This document shows positions 59,423-64,000 of a stretch of DNA of 64,000 nucleotides, piece after piece. Below the pieces are notes generated by a model, which saw only the letters and a list, made by a program, of their open reading frames with translations, did no database searches and had not been told where the DNA came from. Numbering within the stretch: position 1 is the first letter of the stretch; each line of letters opens with the position of its first letter. The position numbers were made by a program, and so were the translations under genes. This DNA comes from an uncultured Lachnospiraceae bacterium (GTDB lineage: Bacteria > Bacillota > Clostridia > Christensenellales > UBA1242): NCBI GenBank assembly GCA_964393975.1, contig CAYMVO010000001.1, positions 4,055 through 68,054 on the forward strand. Reading direction: 5' to 3'.

Positions 59423-59540
59423 ATTTTTTGTTCATAAAATACACACTTTTAGGCTATTGTAAGAATGTTGCTCGTTGGAGTTAGTCTTATGAGTTTTTAA
59501 GCCTATTAGGAGGACGAAACAAATTTTAGGAGGTATAAAA

Positions 59541-60302
59541 ATGTCTGTTATTTCTATGAAACAGTTATTGGAAGCAGGCGTTCACTTTGGTCATCCAACT
59601 AGAAGGTGGAACCCAAAAATGAAGAAATACATTTTTCAAGAACGCAATGATATCCATATTATAAATTTGGAAGACAGTAGCAACTGTCTAGATAAAGCGT
59701 ATAACTTTGTTAGAGCGCAAGTAGCGGAGGGCAAGTCTGTGCTTTTTGTAGGCACTAAAAAGCAAGCTCAAGACGCTATCAAAGAGGAAGCATTGAGATG
59801 TGGTATGTACTATATCAATTCTAGATGGTTGGGTGGTACACTTACAAACTTTAAGACTATCAGGACTAGAGTAGATAGATTGAACAAGATCAATCAAATG
59901 GAAAAGACTGGTGAATTTGGTCTATTACCTAAGAAGGAAGTTTTAAAGCTTATAGCTGAACGTGACAAGCTTGAAACAAACCTTGGTGGAATAAAGGATA
60001 TGACTTCTTTCCCTGGAGTTATATTTGTAGTTGACTTGGAGAAAGAGCATATTTGCATAGAAGAAGCTAATAAACTTGGTATCCCTACTGTAGGTTTGGT
60101 TGACACAAATTGCAACCCTGAATTAGTTACTTACCCTATCCCAGGTAACGATGACGCAATTAGAGCAGTGAAACTCGTTACTAGTGCCATTGCAGATGCC
60201 GTGATTGAAGCTAGAGAAGGCGTTACAAACGCGACTGAGAGCGACGCAACTGAGAGTAAGGAAGTCGCAACTACGGAAGTTCAAACCGAAGATCAAGAAT
60301 AA
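59541..60302 (+). CDS. rpsB: 30S ribosomal protein S2
   Basis: [23 protein letters not shown]-terminus and an AGGAGG SD are present. Confidence 0.95.
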   Translation: MSVISMKQLLEAGVHFGHPTRRWNPKMKKYIFQERNDIHIINLEDSSNCLDKAYNFVRAQVAEGKSVLFVGTKKQAQDAIKEEALRCGMYYINSRWLGGTLTNFKTIRTRVDRLNKINQMEKTGEFGLLPKKEVLKLIAERDKLETNLGGIKDMTSFPGVIFVVDLEKEHICIEEANKLGIPTVGLVDTNCNPELVTYPIPGNDDAIRAVKLVTSAIADAVIEAREGVTNATESDATESKEVATTEVQTEDQE

Positions 60303-60324
60303 TTTTTTTAAGGAGAATTCATTT

Positions 60325-60972
60325 ATGTTTACAGCACAAGATGTTGCTAATTTGAGAACAAGAACTGGAGCAGGTATGATGGACTGCAAGACTGCATTGA
60401 CTGAATGCGGTGGTGATATGGATAAAGCGGTTGATTTTTTGAGAGAAAAAGGAATCGCTAAAGCTTCTAAAAAAGCAAGTAGAATTGCAGCTGAGGGCGT
60501 TGTGCAATCTTACATCCATATGGGTGGTAAAATAGGCGTTTTGGTGGAAATAAACTGCGAGACTGACTTTGTTGCGAGAAGTGAAAACTTTATTCAATTT
60601 TCAAAGAACATTGCTATGCACATTGCCGCATCAAACCCTAAATGCATTGCTATTAGTGATGTTGATCCAAAAGATTTAGAGCATGAAAAGGAGATTATCA
60701 AAGCGCAAACTATGAGTGAGGGTAAGCCTGAAAGCGTTGCTGAAAAAATGATTGAAGGTCGTATCAAAAAGTACTACGGAGAAGTTTGTTTGCTTGAGCA
60801 ACCTTATGTTAAAAATCCTAGTCAAACCATCAATGATTTGCTAAATGAAACAATTTTAACAATTGGTGAAAAGATTTCTATAAGAAGATTCGTAAGATAT
60901 GAAATGGGCGAAGGTCTCGAAAAACGTCAAGACAATTTTGCTGAAGAAGTTATGAGCCAAATAAATAAGTAA
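60325..60972 (+). CDS. tsf: translation elongation factor Ts (short form)
   Basis: [19 protein letters not shown]-like N-terminus is present, with ATG 60325 after AAGGAG. The track start at 60205 would overlap rpsB by ~100 nt. Confidence 0.9.
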   Translation: MFTAQDVANLRTRTGAGMMDCKTALTECGGDMDKAVDFLREKGIAKASKKASRIAAEGVVQSYIHMGGKIGVLVEINCETDFVARSENFIQFSKNIAMHIAASNPKCIAISDVDPKDLEHEKEIIKAQTMSEGKPESVAEKMIEGRIKKYYGEVCLLEQPYVKNPSQTINDLLNETILTIGEKISIRRFVRYEMGEGLEKRQDNFAEEVMSQINK

Positions 60973-60986
60973 ATTTGTTTGTTAAG

Positions 60987-61020
60987 ATAGAAGAAACGAG
61001 TCTGTTTTCTTCTATTTTTC
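60987..61020 (+). terminator. rho-independent terminator after tsf
   Basis: ATAGAAGAAAC-gagtct-GTTTTCTTCTAT stem with one bulge, followed by TTTTT. Confidence 0.7.
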
Positions 61021-61254
61021 TAATAGTTTAGATATGTTTACACTATTATTAGATAAATTTTACGCTATAAAAGATACCTTAACCATTTAAAATTAAGGCG
61101 ATTTGTTTGAATGAAAACCAAGCAAATATTTATTTTAGATTTATTTATTAATAGTAAACTAATTTTTATTTAAACAACGATTTTATTTGCTTTTTTAATG
61201 AATTTAGTGTACACTATAAGTATATTATTTATTTACAAGGAGAAAATATTTAAA

Positions 61255-61815
61255 ATGGATTTTAATGAAATAAAACAATCTATGAATGAGGATATAGACA
61301 AAGCTTTTAATTTTTTAGGTAATGAATTATCCTATATCAGAGCTGGTCGTGCTAATCAGCATATTTTAGATAAAGTTATGGTTGAATATTATGGCTCTAT
61401 GACACCTTTAAATCAAATGGCTAATTTTGCTATACCAGAAGCGCATACGTTACTTATTAGCGTATGGGATCAATCAGCTTTAAAAAGCGTAGTTAAAGCA
61501 ATTCAAGAGAGTGATATAGGTATCAATCCTACCGATGATGGCAAAGTTATAAGATTAAACTTTCCTCAACCAACAGAAGAACGCCGTAAAGAATTAGTTA
61601 AACAAACCAAACAACTCGGTGAGACCACAAAAGTCAATATTCGAAACGCTAGAAGAGATGCCTTGGAGGTTTTGAAAAATCTTAAAAAAGATGGCGAGAT
61701 TAGTGAAGATGATTTGGTTGGATACGAAAAAGACATCCAAAAAATTATTGATTTAAAAAATCAAGAAGTTGATACAATACTAGCAAACAAAGAAAAAGAA
61801 ATTATGGAGATATAA
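61255..61815 (+). CDS. frr: ribosome recycling factor
   Basis: LSYIRAGRAN and NFPQPTEERRKELVK motifs are present, with ATG 61255 after AAGGAG. Confidence 0.9.
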   Translation: MDFNEIKQSMNEDIDKAFNFLGNELSYIRAGRANQHILDKVMVEYYGSMTPLNQMANFAIPEAHTLLISVWDQSALKSVVKAIQESDIGINPTDDGKVIRLNFPQPTEERRKELVKQTKQLGETTKVNIRNARRDALEVLKNLKKDGEISEDDLVGYEKDIQKIIDLKNQEVDTILANKEKEIMEI

Positions 61816-61982
61816 TGGATTTTATTGGTCTACCACTAGATGAAGTAATAGATAAGTTAAAAAATGAAAATTTAGCATATAATATAATTGACAATAGTAT
61901 TAATATAGGTAGACCTTTTGTTACTAACTGCATTCAAAAAGACGGCTACATATTAATAACTATATCAAATTTTGATTTATGA
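61815..61982 (+). CDS. 55-aa PASTA-like mini-protein, not in the ORF track
   Basis: The ATG overlaps the frr stop (TAATG), and the uppS SD (GAGG) overlaps its stop codon. The product is MDFIGLPLDEVIDKLKNENLAYNIIDNSINIGRPFVTNCIQKDGYILITISNFDL. It resembles the PASTA module of the PBP in this window (LVGMSLSTAINALIEIGLAYEI...). Confidence 0.5.
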   Translation: MDFIGLPLDEVIDKLKNENLAYNIIDNSINIGRPFVTNCIQKDGYILITISNFDL

Positions 61983-61989
61983 GGTTATA

Positions 61990-62718
61990 ATGGGGCTATT
62001 TAAGAAAAAGAAAGATAAACTAATTACCGAAAAATTGCCAAAACATATCGCTTTTATTATGGATGGCAATGGGCGTTGGGCTACATCTCGTGGTATGCCA
62101 AGGACATTTGGACATAGAGAAGGTGCAAATGCTATGGCTAGGGTAGTCGAGGCGTGTTTAGAATATGGTATAAAAGTAGCATCGTTTTTCACATTTTCTA
62201 CAGATAATTGGAAGCGTCCGAAACAAGAAATTGATTATATCTTTGAACTAGCATCTGAATTTAGTAAAAAATTAACTGAACAACCATACGCTAATGATAT
62301 AAAAATAGTCACTATAGGAGACATTAGTAAACTACCGCAAGAAACGCAAAATATAATAAACGAAGCTAAAGAACGAACAAAAAATGGTGGCAACTTAATC
62401 GTGAACCTCGCGATTAATTACGGTGGGAGAGAAGAAGTAATTTCCGCTATTAACACTATGATTAACGACGGAGTGAAAAATGTGACTAAAGATATATTAA
62501 ATAATTACCTATATACTAAAGAAATTTGTGATCCAGATTTTGTTGTGCGTTCTAGCGGTGAAAAAAGAGTTAGTAATTTTATGATTTATCAAATGGCTTA
62601 TTCAGAATTTTATTTTATCGACAAGCATTGGCCAGATTTTGATAAAGAAACGGTCTATGATTGTTTGTTGGAATATCAAAAAAGAAATCGCCGTTTTGGA
62701 GCTGTTTCTAATAAATGA
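61990..62718 (+). CDS. uppS: undecaprenyl-diphosphate synthase
   Basis: HIAFIMDGNGRWA and RTSGEKR-like SSGEKRVSNF motifs are present. ATG 61990 lies after GAGG. Confidence 0.9.
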   Translation: MGLFKKKKDKLITEKLPKHIAFIMDGNGRWATSRGMPRTFGHREGANAMARVVEACLEYGIKVASFFTFSTDNWKRPKQEIDYIFELASEFSKKLTEQPYANDIKIVTIGDISKLPQETQNIINEAKERTKNGGNLIVNLAINYGGREEVISAINTMINDGVKNVTKDILNNYLYTKEICDPDFVVRSSGEKRVSNFMIYQMAYSEFYFIDKHWPDFDKETVYDCLLEYQKRNRRFGAVSNK

Positions 62719-62776
62719 TTTTACAAAAAGACAAAAAATTAAGATTTTTAAATCTTAAAAATTAAAAGGAGTTTTT

Positions 62777-63721
62777 ATGAAAAGAGTCTTTACTGGAGTT
62801 GTAATCGCTTTACTAGTTGTAATCGCTTTTCTTATTAGAGAGGTGAATTTATATTTATTTGATATTTGTATTGGAATTATAACTGTATTTGCAAGTCTTG
62901 AGGTCGCAAAATTGCTTCAAGGAGCAAAAAGGAAAAATTTACTAATACCTTCATTAATTTTCCCATCACTTGCTTATATTTTAATGCTTCTTGGCATAAA
63001 TTGGGAATGGGGTATAGATAAACTTTTATTTGCTGAATGTATCCTCCTAATTGTTTTCTTTGTCGCTTTACTAATTATTGAGTGTTGTTTTTGGAACAAA
63101 AACACAGTCGAGAAAAAATTGGACAAGTTTGAGGGTAGTACATTAGCTTATAATTTTAAAATATGTATGGATACATTATTTGGCTTGGTTTACCCTACGT
63201 TATTCTTGTTGTGCTTTGTTTTATTAAATCATATTGATGGTTTTAGCGGATTATCAAAAGTTGCTACTTTTGACGAAAAATTAGGCTTAGTTGTATTACT
63301 ATTTGCTATAATGACATCCGTTATATCAGACATTTGCGCGCTTTATGTGGGGACACTATTCAAAGGGAGGAAACTCGCTCCGAGCATTAGTCCTAATAAA
63401 ACAATCTCGGGTAGTATAGGTGGATTTATTGGTGCTATTTTGTTTTCCGTAGCATTGTATTTAATAGTTTGTGCTGATTCAAGTATTGCAAATGGGTTTA
63501 ATAGCATTGGATTTACTGTTTGGATAGCGATTATCTATGGTGTACTCGCATCATTATTTACACAAATCGGTGATTTGTTTGAGTCAAAACTAAAAAGACT
63601 TGCTAATGTGAAAGATAGCGGTAACGTCTTACCTGGTCACGGCGGATTTATGGATAGATTGGATGGGGTGTGTGTGAATGCAACATTCACAATCATATTT
63701 TTCGCACTATTATTAATTTAA
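62777..63721 (+). CDS. cdsA: phosphatidate cytidylyltransferase
   Basis: Polytopic protein with SPNKTISGSIGG and the C-terminal signature KDSGNVLPGHGGFMDRLD. Confidence 0.9.
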   Translation: MKRVFTGVVIALLVVIAFLIREVNLYLFDICIGIITVFASLEVAKLLQGAKRKNLLIPSLIFPSLAYILMLLGINWEWGIDKLLFAECILLIVFFVALLIIECCFWNKNTVEKKLDKFEGSTLAYNFKICMDTLFGLVYPTLFLLCFVLLNHIDGFSGLSKVATFDEKLGLVVLLFAIMTSVISDICALYVGTLFKGRKLAPSISPNKTISGSIGGFIGAILFSVALYLIVCADSSIANGFNSIGFTVWIAIIYGVLASLFTQIGDLFESKLKRLANVKDSGNVLPGHGGFMDRLDGVCVNATFTIIFFALLLI

Positions 63722-63745
63722 CACATAACTTTAAAAGGGGAATAA

Positions 63746-64000
63746 ATGAATTCTATCAACTTAGCCTTTAGTTTAGGCGGTTTGCTTACGTATATTTTTT
63801 ACATCGGCGTTGCACTTTTGGCGCTTATGATAATGGTTACAATACACGAATTTGGGCATTTTATTGCAGGTAAATTATTAGGCTTTAAAATCAATGAATT
63901 TGCAATAGGTTTTGGTAAACCTATTTTTAAGAAAAAGACCAAAGATGGTATGGATTTTTCTATCAGACCTATACCATTAGGTGGATATTGTGCGTTTGAT
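63746..64000 (+). CDS. rseP: RIP site-2 metalloprotease RseP/RasP (M50), 3'-truncated by window edge
   Basis: HEFGHF zinc motif lies in the first TM region. The ORF is open to the window end, in the position after cdsA. Confidence 0.85.
   Translation, partial: MNSINLAFSLGGLLTYIFYIGVALLALMIMVTIHEFGHFIAGKLLGFKINEFAIGFGKPIFKKKTKDGMDFSIRPIPLGGYCAFD

Noticed and set aside
60205-60324. Extended tsf start overlapping the rpsB 3' end. Similar extended track starts occur at 1479, 4895, 10870, 27395, 39391, 44865, 61198 and 61972.
   Set aside because: In each case an internal ATG, TTG or GTG with an SD (or a promoter placed for leaderless initiation) gives the conserved family N-terminus. The extensions overlap upstream genes, promoters or terminators.

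Overview
This is an AT-rich chromosomal segment from a low-GC, endospore-forming Firmicute, judged from the spoIIAA-spoIIAB-sigF operon and Bacillus/Clostridium-like gene order. I call about 67 protein genes. Nearly all are on the + strand and nearly all are housekeeping. They include a DnaD/DnaB(Bsu)-type protein plus DnaI loader pair, an M1 lipoprotein peptidase, trxB, glmM, pcrA-ligA, queH, the spoIIA operon, rpsU, alr, serS and nth-ung. They also include a partial dcw cluster (mraZ-rsmH-ftsL-pbp-murE-mraY-murD-ftsW), ruvCAB-queA-tgt-yajC, gatCAB, comM-dprA-topA-trmFO-hslVU, trxA, nifS plus a NifU-like gene, ruvX, and rpsB-tsf-frr-uppS-cdsA-rseP. I recognised no rRNA, tRNA, CRISPR array, transposase, integrase or phage gene. 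I did not find a clear multi-gene novel system, so most of the window is ordinary core genome. The parts worth a second look are these. (1) An orphan 1057-aa membrane-anchored protein with a G/A/P repeat linker and a long acidic tail (6526-9699). (2) A ~1.2 kb single-gene cassette encoding a kinase-fold-like protein, bracketed by a 22/23-nt direct repeat at the dcw/ruv junction, next to an ASCH-like gene broken by one in-frame TGA. (3) A NifU/IscU-like protein next to nifS that has lost all canonical cluster-ligand cysteines. (4) A Fic-fold protein with a fully degenerate catalytic motif, sitting beside another orphan gene. (5) Two paralogous zinc-ribbon/helical proteins bracketing a PHP phosphoesterase, followed by a membrane-anchored DUF2726-like protein. 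(6) Apparently leaderless ruvC and nth transcripts. (7) Two unannotated sub-60-aa ORFs, one of them a PASTA-like mini-protein coupled between frr and uppS. (8) pyrH and dxr are absent from their usual conserved slots. All functional calls rest on motifs and synteny read by eye. No homology search, folding or statistics were run, and start codons and RNA structures are predictions.
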